IMG/VR virus record: IMGVR_UViG_3300014039_000541
Location: 32,001-96,000 of that record
Origin: a virus
Lineage: Duplodnaviria; Caudoviricetes
DNA length: 64,000 nucleotides
Reading direction: 5' to 3' (one strand)
Under the pieces are notes generated by a model. That model worked only from the letters and a program-made list of their open reading frames with translations, was not told the origin of the DNA and searched no databases. Below are positions 1 through 10,711 of the stretch, piece after piece. The translations under genes and the position numbers were made by a program. The number at the start of each line of letters is the position of its first letter. Positions within the stretch are counted from its first letter, which is position 1.

Positions 1-264
1 TTAACACATATACAAGGAGATGTATTTCCTGATACTAGTTATAAAGATTATATTGCATCATTCGCAAGAGGTATGTATGATTCGGAACAAGATTATTATA
101 TTAATAATTTATATTAGACAACGGAATATAATGGTTCAACAATATATATATGGAATCCTGCAAATTTAATTATACATGATAATACATTTATATGTGTTGG
201 CGAGTTTTCATTAACTGGTAGTTCATCAAATTATAGACTTGGTAAATATACAATAGAATTATAA
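1..264 (+). CDS. 3' end of a TAG-recoded hypothetical protein
   Basis: Frame 1 is open from base 1 to TAA 262-264 with one in-frame TAG (115-117). Confidence 0.6.
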
Positions 265-265
265 T

Positions 266-294
266 AAGACATTTTATGTTTTTTATAGTATAAA
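266..294 (+). promoter_or_regulatory. sigma70-like phage promoter (AAGACA-N17-TATAAA)
   Basis: Member of a recurring WARACW-N17-TAWAAW motif; lies just upstream of the clamp loader gene. Confidence 0.55.
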
Positions 295-331
295 AATTAA
301 ATAAGAAAGATTTATTTAATTTTATTGTATA

Positions 332-1318
332 ATGGAAAATACATCAACGAATACAAGTAATAATACTCAACATGTAACGCAGAAATTGTTTACAGAAATG
401 TTGAGACCACAAACATTGGATCAAGCAATTATAGTTCCGAGAATTAGAGAGGTTCTTCAACACGGGTTGACAACTAATATTTTACTTTCCGGTTCCGCTG
501 GTGCTGGTAAAACTTCCCTAACTCGCATCTTAACTCGCGGATACCAAGTTCTTGAAATTAATGCATCTCTTGAAAATGGTATTGATACCATTAGAGATAA
601 AGTTATTGCATTTGCATCTCAGTCATCTCTTTTTGATGGTGAGGAAAAACTTAAGGTTGTTGTTCTTGAAGAGTGCGATGGTCTTTCTCTTGAAGCTTGG
701 AAAGCTCTTCGTGCAACAATTGAAAAATATCATAAAACTGTTAGGTTTATTGCAAACTGTAATTATATCGATAAGGTACCAGAACCTATTCAATCAAGAT
801 TTAATGTTATTATAATTGATCCACTTACAAAAGAAGAAGAAGATTATCTATTTAACGGTTATCTTGAGAGAATTAAATATATTCTTACAAAATTTAGAAT
901 TCAATTTACAGAAGAAACAGTAACATCATTTGTAAGAAGTTCATTCCCTGATATGCGTTCACTTCTTAATAAGATCCAAAATCTTTATACAAGAGGATTA
1001 AAAGAATTATCAGTTGATATGCTTGCATCTTCTTATGATTGTTCAGAGTTGTTTAAGCTTATAATTGATAAACCGGATCCTGTAAACAATTATAAGAAAC
1101 TTGTTGCAGATTGGTCAACACGCTCAGATGATGCAGTTCTTGCAATAGGTAAGGATTTTCCTGATTTCATATTGACAACATGTCCACAATATGGTTCAAA
1201 ACTTCCACTTATTCTTATAGCAACAGCAGAATATAATTCTATGCTTGCAACATCAATAGATAAGTTTGTGACATTGCTTGGACTTGTATTTAAATTGCAG
1301 TTAATTATACATCAATAA
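332..1318 (+). CDS. Sliding-clamp loader AAA+ subunit (T4 gp44 / RFC small subunit-like)
   Basis: LRPQTLD N-terminal motif, Walker A GSAGAGKT, EINAS, Walker B VVLEECD, ALRATIE, IQSRF, FPDMRSLLN. Confidence 0.92.
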   Translation: MENTSTNTSNNTQHVTQKLFTEMLRPQTLDQAIIVPRIREVLQHGLTTNILLSGSAGAGKTSLTRILTRGYQVLEINASLENGIDTIRDKVIAFASQSSLFDGEEKLKVVVLEECDGLSLEAWKALRATIEKYHKTVRFIANCNYIDKVPEPIQSRFNVIIIDPLTKEEEDYLFNGYLERIKYILTKFRIQFTEETVTSFVRSSFPDMRSLLNKIQNLYTRGLKELSVDMLASSYDCSELFKLIIDKPDPVNNYKKLVADWSTRSDDAVLAIGKDFPDFILTTCPQYGSKLPLILIATAEYNSMLATSIDKFVTLLGLVFKLQLIIHQ

Positions 1319-1342
1319 TTTTTAGAATATAAAATAAAAATG

Positions 1343-1350
1343 TATCTTTG
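1343..1350 (+). promoter_or_regulatory. Bacteroidota-type sigmaA -7 element (TAnnTTTG)
   Basis: TATCTTTG upstream of ORF 1395; the same octamer precedes TAG-free gene clusters at 45335, 46887 and 50276. Confidence 0.6.
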
Positions 1351-1394
1351 TATTATTAGTTTTATATGAAGATACATTTTTAATTTATAAATAT

Positions 1395-1595
1395 ATGGCA
1401 ACAAATAGTAGTGAAATTCTTACATTTCCTTTTAAGGTAAAGAAGAAATCAGGTAAACCATTTAAATCAATGTTAAAAATAAATACAGCAGTAGGAACAG
1501 TTAAAAATGAAAATGATCCTAATAAAAAAGATGCATTTATTTTTAAAGAAGATAATTCTGTTGTGAATGTAGATATGTGTGAAATTATTATGTAA
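1395..1595 (+). CDS. Hypothetical protein (66 aa)
   Basis: Clean ORF with an A-rich initiation region, downstream of a TAnnTTTG element. Confidence 0.7.
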   Translation: MATNSSEILTFPFKVKKKSGKPFKSMLKINTAVGTVKNENDPNKKDAFIFKEDNSVVNVDMCEIIM

Positions 1596-1613
1596 TAATA
1601 AATTATTAAAAAG

Positions 1614-1642
1614 TAGACTAACTATTAATATATAAGTATAAT
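1614..1642 (+). promoter_or_regulatory. sigma70-like phage promoter (TAGACT-N17-TATAAT)
   Basis: Exact 17-nt spacer; same hexamer pair at 41044-41072 and on the minus strand at 40756-40784. Confidence 0.65.
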
Positions 1643-1708
1643 ATATAAATTATAGTGAATATTTCATTATAAATAAATCATAAAACAAAAATTTAATTTA
1701 GAAAAAAG

Positions 1709-1888
1709 ATGAACGATATTTTGACAAGTATTAATGAGGCATTCGCTGGTTTCCAGGCAGATGCAACCGCTCAGGTAGAGAAGGGTAATAAGGCTGCAGG
1801 TCAGCGTGCACGTAAGGCATCTCTTGCAATTGAGAAGTTGCTTAAGACATTCCGTAAGGAGTCTATCGAGGCTGCTAAGACAAAGTGA
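1709..1888 (+). CDS. Histone H1-like protein, Hc1 family (59 aa; absent from the ORF track)
   Basis: Translates as MNDILTSINEAFAGFQADATAQVEKGNKAAGQRARKASLAIEKLLKTFRKESIEAAKTK; GNKAAGxRARKxSL is the Hc1/Bacteroidota histone-H1-like signature. Confidence 0.85.
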   Translation: MNDILTSINEAFAGFQADATAQVEKGNKAAGQRARKASLAIEKLLKTFRKESIEAAKTK

Positions 1889-1915
1889 TAATTAACATTG
1901 TTTAACTTAATAAAG

Positions 1916-1956
1916 AATTATCTTTACATTATTTAATTAGAAGTAAAGATAATTTT
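1916..1956 (+). terminator. Hairpin/terminator after the Hc1 gene
   Basis: Inverted repeat AATTATCTTTAC...GTAAAGATAATT followed by T residues. Confidence 0.5.
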
Positions 1957-1963
1957 ATTATAT

Positions 1964-2035
1964 GCATGATTAGCTAAGTGGTACAGCAGGAAACTTTAAA
2001 CTTCCAGATCACGGGTTCGATCCCTGTATCATGCA
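1964..2035 (+). tRNA. tRNA with UUA anticodon (ochre-suppressor type)
   Basis: Cloverleaf: acceptor GCATGAT/ATCATGC, D stem GCT/AGC with TGG in the loop, anticodon stem GGAAA/CTTCC (A31-C39 mismatch), loop CTTTAAA (anticodon TTA, 1996-1998), T arm ACGGG-TTCGATC-CCTGT, discriminator A, no encoded CCA. Confidence 0.85.
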
Positions 2036-2065
2036 CATCTAAATTTAAAATAAAAGTATAAAACT

Positions 2066-2110
2066 ATGGAACTTCAACATTGGTAAGTTACATGTGATCG
2101 TGGACCTTAA
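2066..2110 (+). promoter_or_regulatory. Putative leader peptide MELQHW*VTCDRGP* with an internal TAA
   Basis: ATG GAA CTT CAA CAT TGG TAA GTT ACA TGT GAT CGT GGA CCT TAA after an A-rich initiation region (TAAAAGTATAAAACT); locally richer in GC than the flanking spacers. Confidence 0.6.
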
Positions 2111-2182
2111 TTTTTGTATATTTTAATTTTATATATTAATCATAAAACTATTATTAAACAAAATTAAAACTATACAAAATTA
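2108..2182 (+). promoter_or_regulatory. Hairpin sequestering the initiation region of ORF 2182
   Basis: TAATTTTTGTATATTTTAATTTT (2108-2130) is the near-perfect reverse complement of AAAATTAAAACTATACAAAATTA (2160-2182); about 22 bp with one bulge per arm. Confidence 0.6.
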
Positions 2183-2565
2183 TGAAAACACAAAAAGAAA
2201 ATGTAATAAGATTTAAGAATTATCTTAAGAAAAGAATATCAGAAAGAAAACAACTTAAATTAATAGCGAACAAATCATCAAAAGATAAAGATTATAATTG
2301 GATTAAATCTAGTCATGCTAAATCAGAATTAGAAGAAACATTAGAAGATATACATGCACTGTATATTGCATATTATATTGTAAAACATGATTTAATTAGT
2401 CAAGAAAAAGAACTTGATTATATGATAGAATGTTCAAAAACATTTAAGAAACATTATACTGTATATACAACGAAACAATGTTTTTTATCACAATATGGAT
2501 ATGTAAACAAGAAAATAAATGAATATCTAAATAAGTTTGGTTATGAAAGTGAATTTATTAAGTAA
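2182..2565 (+). CDS. Hypothetical basic helical protein, first gene of the Pth2-like unit
   Basis: 127-aa ORF with HALYIAYYIVKH segment; overlaps the next gene. Confidence 0.75.
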   Translation: MKTQKENVIRFKNYLKKRISERKQLKLIANKSSKDKDYNWIKSSHAKSELEETLEDIHALYIAYYIVKHDLISQEKELDYMIECSKTFKKHYTVYTTKQCFLSQYGYVNKKINEYLNKFGYESEFIK

Positions 2566-2920
2566 ATTAAAAATATTTACTAATAAACATAAAGTTATTA
2601 ATTTTAAATTAGAAACAAATAATAAACTTTATATATTAGTAAGTAATCAATTGAATCCTATATATGGAGCAGTTCAAGGAGGTCATGCAATAGCACAGTT
2701 TTTAATTGAGCATCCTAATTCTGAATGGAAAAATAATACTGTTGTTTATCTTTCATGTGATATAGATAATTTTTTAAATAGACAAAAGAAACGTAATCAA
2801 TTATTAAAAGATGAATTACATAGTGTATTTAAGGAACCAGATTTAAATAATCAAATAACAGCAATAGCATGTTATAAGATACCTCAAAAATATGTAAAGA
2901 ATTTGAAGTTGTTGAGATAA
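2543..2920 (+). CDS. Peptidyl-tRNA hydrolase 2 (Pth2)-like protein
   Basis: KLYILV...YGAVQGGHAIAQF and FKEPDLNNQITAIA match the Pth2-family pattern (K..I.V...Q..HA; EPD...TA.A). ATG at 2543 overlaps the upstream gene. Confidence 0.72.
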   Translation: MKVNLLSKLKIFTNKHKVINFKLETNNKLYILVSNQLNPIYGAVQGGHAIAQFLIEHPNSEWKNNTVVYLSCDIDNFLNRQKKRNQLLKDELHSVFKEPDLNNQITAIACYKIPQKYVKNLKLLR

Positions 2921-2932
2921 TAAACAATATAT

Positions 2933-2974
2933 AGAGATAATAGATAAGTAAAAATATTCTATTATCTCTTTTTA
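2933..2974 (+). terminator. Intrinsic terminator
   Basis: AGAGATAATAGA...TCTATTATCTCT followed by a T run. Confidence 0.65.
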
Positions 2975-3019
2975 TTTAAATAGAAATAAATAATTAAACT
3001 ATTAATAGTATTTTTAATT

Positions 3020-4117
3020 ATGAAATTAGTTAACGAGAAAATAGGATATGTGGATGAAAAGCAGTTTAAACTTTCAACTGTAGTGAATGCGATGGTTGAA
3101 TTTTTAACATCTCCTGATATTCATTGGGATTCTAATTATGAAGTTAAAGGAAAGCCTAATGTAAAGGATATAGATGGATTTGGTTATCATACTTTTACAT
3201 TTGATTTAGATAATAATAAATTAGGATTTATAAAAATTATTATTGTTAATATAGACAAAGATAAAGTAAAGTCTACATATAAATTCCAAGGATTTTTAGA
3301 CGATGAAGAAACAGCTTTTTATTCACCTGTTGATTCTACTGTAGATAAGAAGAAAAATAATTGTGGATATATCTATATTAATTATGATATATTTAAAGAA
3401 TATATTTCAGATAAACAGAAATTAACAGATGAATTAAAGGAATATACATATCATGAGTTAAGACATTATTATGATAATATAATGGGCGTATTCGGTGGAC
3501 CATTGAAAGAACTTATACATATTACATTGATAGCTGATGAATTTGATATTAATAAACAAACATTCAAGGAGAAGAATAAAGAAGCATTAACTAAACATGA
3601 TACAACATATAAGTCATTGCAGAATCTTCTTTATGTTTCACAACCAACTGAATTAAATGCTTGGTATCATTCATTCGTTCAACATATGATGGTATATCAG
3701 AAGAAGAATCCAAATGCAACAAAAGATGATATTATAAATTATATTACAAAACCTGAATTAAACGGTAATGATTATGCATGTTTCATTTACAGTTATGCTA
3801 TTGTATATAAGACATTCGGTAATTATGCTAAAGCTATAAACGGTTTGTGTTCACAAGATCCTGTTAAGTTGTATTATTATATAATTAATACATTGAATGA
3901 ATGTCAACCATCTGATAAGACTATTAAACAGATGAATGATTTATTTGAGAAGAATTATATTGATTATTTCACAGATACTGTTGATTATAAAACATTCGGT
4001 ATAAAGTTAAGTGCATTCATTAATGATTATTACATGCATTATGTGTATAAGAAAATTGCGCCTAAGTATTTACATACATATAAGAATATGCAGAAGTTTA
4101 TTTCTACACTTGTTTAA
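3020..4117 (+). CDS. Hypothetical protein with HExxH motif (possible zincin metallopeptidase)
   Basis: YHELRHYYD plus downstream PTELNAW; N-terminus MKLVNE. Confidence 0.6.
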   Translation: MKLVNEKIGYVDEKQFKLSTVVNAMVEFLTSPDIHWDSNYEVKGKPNVKDIDGFGYHTFTFDLDNNKLGFIKIIIVNIDKDKVKSTYKFQGFLDDEETAFYSPVDSTVDKKKNNCGYIYINYDIFKEYISDKQKLTDELKEYTYHELRHYYDNIMGVFGGPLKELIHITLIADEFDINKQTFKEKNKEALTKHDTTYKSLQNLLYVSQPTELNAWYHSFVQHMMVYQKKNPNATKDDIINYITKPELNGNDYACFIYSYAIVYKTFGNYAKAINGLCSQDPVKLYYYIINTLNECQPSDKTIKQMNDLFEKNYIDYFTDTVDYKTFGIKLSAFINDYYMHYVYKKIAPKYLHTYKNMQKFISTLV

Positions 4118-4138
4118 AAATAATTTATATTTAGAAAA

Positions 4139-4849
4139 ATGAAAGCAAAAGATATAGCAAGTTAGTTAGGAAGTTTGGCAGCTGCAGCTTCGTCACAACC
4201 AGGAAATTACGATGCTAATGATATAGATACAGATATTCCTGACGAACTTCAAGAGCCGGATCCGATATTCGTTGTTGAGCATGAAGAGGTAATGTCTACA
4301 GATACAGCAAAAGCATTAAAATCCGTTAAGTAGATTGTTAATACCATTGTACCTGAAGCATATCAAAATAACCCTATTATAAAAGATAAAATATTACAGG
4401 ATGCAGATTAGTTAGGACAACTTTATTATCAATAGAGTATGAACAATGTTATGATAAAGGTAATTATGGATACTATATCTAAAGGAGATACATCCGCAAA
4501 ATTATTTGATTCATATACAAAGTTAATGTCTATCGCGAAGGATTTCAATAAGTAGATTAATGAGATGCAGAATCAATTCAGAAAATATTATATTGATACT
4601 TATCTTGATCTTCAACATAAGGAAGATGAAGATCTTATTGCAGAAGATAATGGAGTTAATAGGAAAGCTGTAACGACTTCAAAAGAAGAGCCATAGCAAG
4701 TTACATATGAAGAAGTAAAAGAGTCTCATACAGGAGACAATATGGACTTACGAGAGACTTCTACACGTGATACAACAATAAAGGTATAGGATTGGAAAAA
4801 AGAAATATATAAAAAGAGATTTGAAGAAAGTAAAAAAGCAGAAGAATAA
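4139..4849 (+). CDS. TAG-recoded protein, possibly terminase small subunit (T4 gp16-like)
   Basis: Open under code 15 from ATG 4139 to TAA 4847-4849 (236 aa). Segment DTISKGDTSAKLFDSYTKLMSIAKDFNKQINEM loosely resembles the gp16 helical core; function is tentative. Confidence 0.5.
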
Positions 4850-4868
4850 TTGGATATTCTTCTGCTTT
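4834..4868. terminator. Bidirectional terminator between convergent genes
   Basis: AAAGCAGAAGAATA...TATTCTTCTGCTTT inverted repeat. Confidence 0.6.
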
Positions 4869-4873
4869 AATTT

Positions 4874-7800
4874 TTATAATTGATAAATTGTACTCATGCC
4901 TATAGTTGTTATTTCATCTTTAATTCCATGTACATAAAACTATACAACTAATTGTAATATACCTATTTCTTTCCTACCAGAATTATTTTCTGATATATAA
5001 TCTGTTATTATACCTCGTTGATTATGTAATATCTTAAAGTCTTTTATCTTTAACATTGAATCTTCAAAATTTTCCGATGATATTTCTTCTATTTCTCCAC
5101 CAGATCTTTCCAATGTATATCTTATATTATGAATATAATCTCTAATAACATACTCTTCAATACTATCTAATCCTTCTTTAGGTAAATCTTTAACGTCAAA
5201 CATTAAGTTATATATATTAGTTGTAACAGAAGTACCATATTGTTTAATAGATAATGAATGAATCTACTCATGTTGTATAAGGTCTCTATCAGATTTCTTG
5301 TCAATTGTCAACATACATTGTAATTCACCAATTTTTGATTTATGTGATTCTGTTGCTTCCTTTGCAGTAAATTTAACTTTATTTGTTTTTGAAACATTAC
5401 CTTTCTATGTTAGAAGATTACATGTACATCCTTCTTGTTCGACAATGGTTCCGTCACTATAATAAATTTTATACTTAACAGAAACATTATTAGAGTTATC
5501 AGTAGATGCACCAGTTTCATTCATATTATAAATAACAGTTTCACCGTAAGTTGATAATGTATTTAATGGTGAGAACTATGATTCAAATCCCACAATAAAT
5601 ACATCTTTATAATATATGTCACGAGTACCTGTTTCAAATTTACCTACGGTATCTTCTCCTTTATCTACATAAACAAAACCATCTGCTTCATTTATAACTC
5701 TATTACCATATACGTCACAACAAATCATATTAGGCGATTGTGAACCTAATAATTCTGGTTTAATAGTTAATATCTTATTTGCAGATTTAAACACAACTTG
5801 CTTATCTATTAATCCTTGTTCTGTTTGCCATGTTTCCTAATCTTCTATTATATATGATTTCCAATCCCAATGAACTCTTAACGGAATATCTTTATCATTA
5901 AATTTCTATGATAATATATTCTATGAAGAATCTGGTTTTAATATAATATTTCTACCATTTGATATTGTAACAGGTTTATCTTTGAATACATAAAGATTTT
6001 CATTTGTATATTGAAGACTTGCGTCTATCCATATATTCTGTAAAAGTTTAGGATCATAATCAAATACCTAGGCGGAATATGTAGTATCGAGATAACTGTC
6101 AAATAACAATGGTTTTGGTTCATATGTCACAGAAGTTCTCTATACGACACCTTTATTATATCTGGATGTAAATTCTTCTCCATAACTATTAACACGTAAT
6201 ATATACTACGCTGCACGTAAATGTGCAGGACACATCTTTAATTTATATGGATTAAGTGTCGTTAATTTACCACCAACATTTAATGTACGTTCTGCTTTAT
6301 TATGATATAACTTATTATTGAATTTCTATAAATCAACTACACCATTTAATGTATATGTAAATGTATTATCTTCATTCTATGATATATTAATAATTCTATA
6401 TGCTGTTTCATTATCTATCGCATTATTTGTATAATCATTATGAATTTCTGTTTCATCAGTATAACAAATTTTAACAACTTGATTCTCCATGAATCTTTGT
6501 TTGGTATCATTTGTAATATGAACATAAGATAAATTATTGGATGTATCAACTGTTAATTCTTTATCTATTGTACTATTACCTTTGGAATCTTCAAACACAT
6601 ATTCATTTGCTGTATATACATATGCGTTCATGGAATTAATGAAGAATGCAGATGAGTTAATAGATGAGTTAACATTTTTATCAATAGATTTCTAATATAT
6701 ATCATCAAATGCTTTTTCATTTAACATGTTTGACTTTTTCTTTACTGTTATGTAAGAATTATTTAAGTCAAACCTATAATAAGATGAATCTATAATAGAT
6801 GAATCATGCGTATAGAATTTTTCTACCTCAAATGGATATATATCAACTAATATATCTTTTTGAATGCAATCATATATACATAAGCCAACATATGATGAAT
6901 TTGCTAATATTTCTCTACTTGGACTTTCATCAACCAATATGAATTTATATATATCATTAGTTTTCTATATACTTAAAACCTATTCAGTGAAGTTATTGAA
7001 TACTATGAAATTACCAGGTTTTGGAGTATCAATAGCATATGATATATTATCATATTCTATAGTGTTAGGTGAATCAACCAAAGGATCAATATCATATATT
7101 CTATATGTCTAAGGGTAAATAGGATAATTACCAAACTTGTCTATATCTTTAAATAACTATTCTTGCTCTGTATTTTTTAATTTATCACCTAATGAATTTC
7201 TATTATAAAAATCTTTATTATTTACAACTTCTTGTTGATTAAGAATAATATCAAGACTTATAGGCTTTGTAGTAACTGTAGTAGTATCATCACTGTTATT
7301 CACGAATATATTATTATAATAATCATATGCGTTTACCGAAACAGTATAATTACCTAATCTGTTTACAGACACATCTACATATCTGTTAGTAGAAACACAT
7401 TTATCTATTTCCGCATTTGATGTTGCAGTTTTTAATTTTGAACTATCAACAGTATAAATAGGAACTCTATCAGATAAGTAAGTATAATTTACAGTTATTG
7501 GTTGTTCACTACTTTCTAATTCTTCTCCGAATACTAATTCACATCCGCATGCCTTACCATTATTAATATTTAAATCTGATTGCTTATTCCTAAATAATAT
7601 TCTTCCTTCTATAATCTCAAGAATGTAATCACCTGGTAGTAACTCGTCATTATTACCGCATTTATAATTACGGATAATTATCTAAGGTACATTCCATTTA
7701 TTCTATGATGTATATATGAATTCTGAATCTAAACCATTATAAGTTTTTGAACTTATTTTCTTATTTGTTTTCTATGCCCAATATAATTTATACTTATCAT

Positions 7801-10357
7801 AATTTCTTTCATTTTCCATAGGATATAAGAAAACTTTCTAGAAGTCTTTATATACAGGTTCATCAGTTTCCTACTCATATAAAGCATAATATTCTTTACC
7901 ATTTTTCTGATCACTCACAACATTAATTGAATATGCAATATTAGTTTTCCAGTCACCGTGACAATACCTTAAATTACCTTGAGTTATTTCAATTATAGGC
8001 AATTCAGATTTATCGATTTTAGAAAAATTCTATGTATCATCATAAAATAATATTTCATTATCCTATATAAGAATAGGGTTCTATATATAAGAAGAATCTG
8101 TAAATTCAGCTAATGTACCAGATGAAACATCTTTATTTGTTAATACAAACTAATATTCCTATACAGGTACTAATGTTTCTAATGGAGCAGAAACATATAT
8201 TGACGAATTCAATGTTTCATTATATACTTCATTTATGATAAAATCTTCTATTTCAAAATCATCATAATCTCCTATTGTTAAAGAATCAAATTCATTTAAT
8301 GAGCATTTCAACATTGCTGACGAATCTCTAAATAAAATATCATTTATACACATATCATCAACAGATGTATCTAAATGTGAAAGAGATGCATCTAATGTAT
8401 CATTATGATATTCATTATTAGATGAATCTGTTGTTACATTTATATATGGATTATTATGAACAATCTTAGGTGTTACTTTAGCAATAGTTGTAATATCCTA
8501 CAAATGATGCTATGTAACATATGCCTAATTTTTCATTCTCTCAATGATTATTCCTTCACCACATATATCAGATATATAACAGTTGACACCCAATATATAT
8601 TTTTCTAACCATTGTTTTACAGAGAATAATTTTGCGAGAATTTCATCCGTTCTGTATTCATATATAGGTTTAGTTATAGGAAGTTGAAAAAATACATCTT
8701 GTTTTTCAGTAAATCCAGTGCTCAAATCTTGGTGATGTGTATCTTTATTATATGATGATTTATATAAACCAGATTCAGGTGAAGTTGTTGGATTATCTTT
8801 TGCTGGATTATCCAAACGTCTTGTATACATGGTGATTTTTTCACCTGTTTCATCATCTATTTCATTAAGGTGATATATCATGGATAATCTGTTTATCTTC
8901 TTATAACGTTCGAACTCACCATATGTAACACCTATTTTCTTTAACTTAGTATTTAACGATTCACCTTTCTATAAATCATATGTCTGTAAAGTTACATATC
9001 TATCTTTGTTATTCTAATCCTTTATTTTATACCATTCCTTAAATATTAAGTCGCCATATCCTAAAAATTTGATAGCTCCCATTAATGCTTTATATGTACC
9101 AACATAAGGGAATATCTGATCATAATTAATCATAAGTTCTTTAGACTTTGTATTAATTAATGTCCAGTCAACACCCTATTCATCAACATCTTGTTCCTTA
9201 AATATATTAGGATATTTAACAGGATCAGGAATTCCAAAATTTCCTAATAATGCTCTAAACCTTTCATCTTCCCCTTCAACTTCAGTTAAGAATGTAAACA
9301 AACCTAAAATATACTTTTTCTTTGTTTGTGTATTAACAAGATACATTGCCATTATATTTTGATAACATCCTTCAACCTCTGTTTGAAATCCAACAGAGAA
9401 ATATATTGGTGTATTTTCAGGTGTTTGATTAAATTGATCATAAAAATTTAATTTAGTATTAACCTCATATGAATCTTCCCATATAATGTTTGCAACAGAA
9501 TCAGATGATATGAATCTCATTTCAGAATCTTTTTGAAATTCAAATCTCAATGTATAATCAGTGTTTGAATTATCGAAAGTAGGTCTACCATTTCCATCGT
9601 TAGTATTAGTAATAATAATAAATGTACTGGCAGCTACAAATTCTGTTGAAACTTTATCCTATTGAATCTATCCAGTATATCTCACACAAGGAAATAAATC
9701 ATCATAATTAAAATTATTAACAATAAGATAATTAACAAATGTTCTCTAACCTAACATTTTATTATCTTTCTATGTCTCATCATCAAATTCTGCAATAGTT
9801 ATTAAGTTATTATCTATTTTATAATATATTGCCTTTTCATCTTTAATTTCCTCTGTATTTACATTATCAAATATATAATTAATTGGATAATCCTATGTAA
9901 TAGTTTCAGATAAAGTATGAAAAGTTAATCTTACCGTATTATATACATAATCTGTTTGTTCTTCAAATTTTTCTTCCCATCTATGCTCATTTCTATTATA
10001 TATAGTACCAGTGGATTTTGAATAATCAACTTTTTTATTAAATAATATTAATTCTTTAATATTATTTAATTCCTTTGTAATTATAGTTTGTCCTGTTTTA
10101 TGATTTACAATACTGGTATTTACTGTTATTCCAGCGTTAAATAAGAATAAACCATGTTTATCTATTACTGTTGTTAATGTATGATTACTATCTGCAATAT
10201 CATACATGAAATGTCCTGATGGTGTTTCAATAAAATACTGCTCTAACTATGCATGCGGAATTATTTCCCATTGAATACTGTATACTTTTTCAACAGGAAT
10301 TTCATATCCTTTTTCTGTAAAGAAAATTAATTTATCTCTTTCATCTATATTGTTCAT
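4874..10357 (-). CDS. Large TAG-recoded baseplate/tail structural protein (about 1827 aa; gp7-like segment)
   Basis: Nine minus-strand ORF-track fragments between 4940 and 10207 share one frame with ATG 10357 and TAA 4874; contains YVGTYKALMGAIKFLGYGDLIFKEW, resembling baseplate wedge proteins; adjacent to gp25/gp6-like genes. Confidence 0.7.
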
Positions 10358-10367
10358 CTTTCAATTA

Positions 10368-10622
10368 TCAATTTAAATTTGTAGCATTTTTAGGATATGT
10401 ATATGCGTATGCCAACTTTATCTGTTTAACCTAATCTATCAAGAATTCAAATAATCTTTCTATTTGTCTGAATATTGTATCATTCATAGGGTTAGCGAAT
10501 AATTCAGGTGAAATAACATTCTTCAATATATGATGCTTATAATCATAACCTAAATTTTTATAATCATCATACATGTGGTCTTCCTATTCGGTAAATGAAT
10601 TAATATACTTAAAACGTGGCAT
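10368..10622 (-). CDS. Small TAG-recoded protein (84 aa), baseplate cluster
   Basis: MPRFKYINSFTEQEDHMYDDY...NATNLN, ends at TGA 10368. Confidence 0.7.
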
Positions 10623-10660
10623 ATAATAAATATTCCTTTTATTTCATTATTTATTATGAA

Positions 10661-10696
10661 AAAAGAGAATAACTCATTTCTGAATTACTCTCTTTT
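10661..10696 (-). terminator. Terminator-like hairpin after the gp25-like gene
   Basis: AAAAGAGAATAA...TTACTCTCTTTT inverted repeat with A/T tracts. Confidence 0.5.
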
Positions 10697-10711
10697 AATA
10701 TTTTATATTTA

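Noticed and set aside
552-815. Alternate-frame and antisense ORFs in the track (for example 552-815, 6864-7112, 10656-10847, 11697-12033, 17027-17209, 45836-46129, 57868-58564, 58941-59296)
   Set aside because: They overlap well-supported genes in other frames or strands and have no recognisable motifs.
1964-2035. Reading the tRNA as Lys(TTT) or Leu(TAA)
   Set aside because: Stem register places TTA at 34-36; the alternatives need a shifted loop, and the short variable loop argues against Leu.
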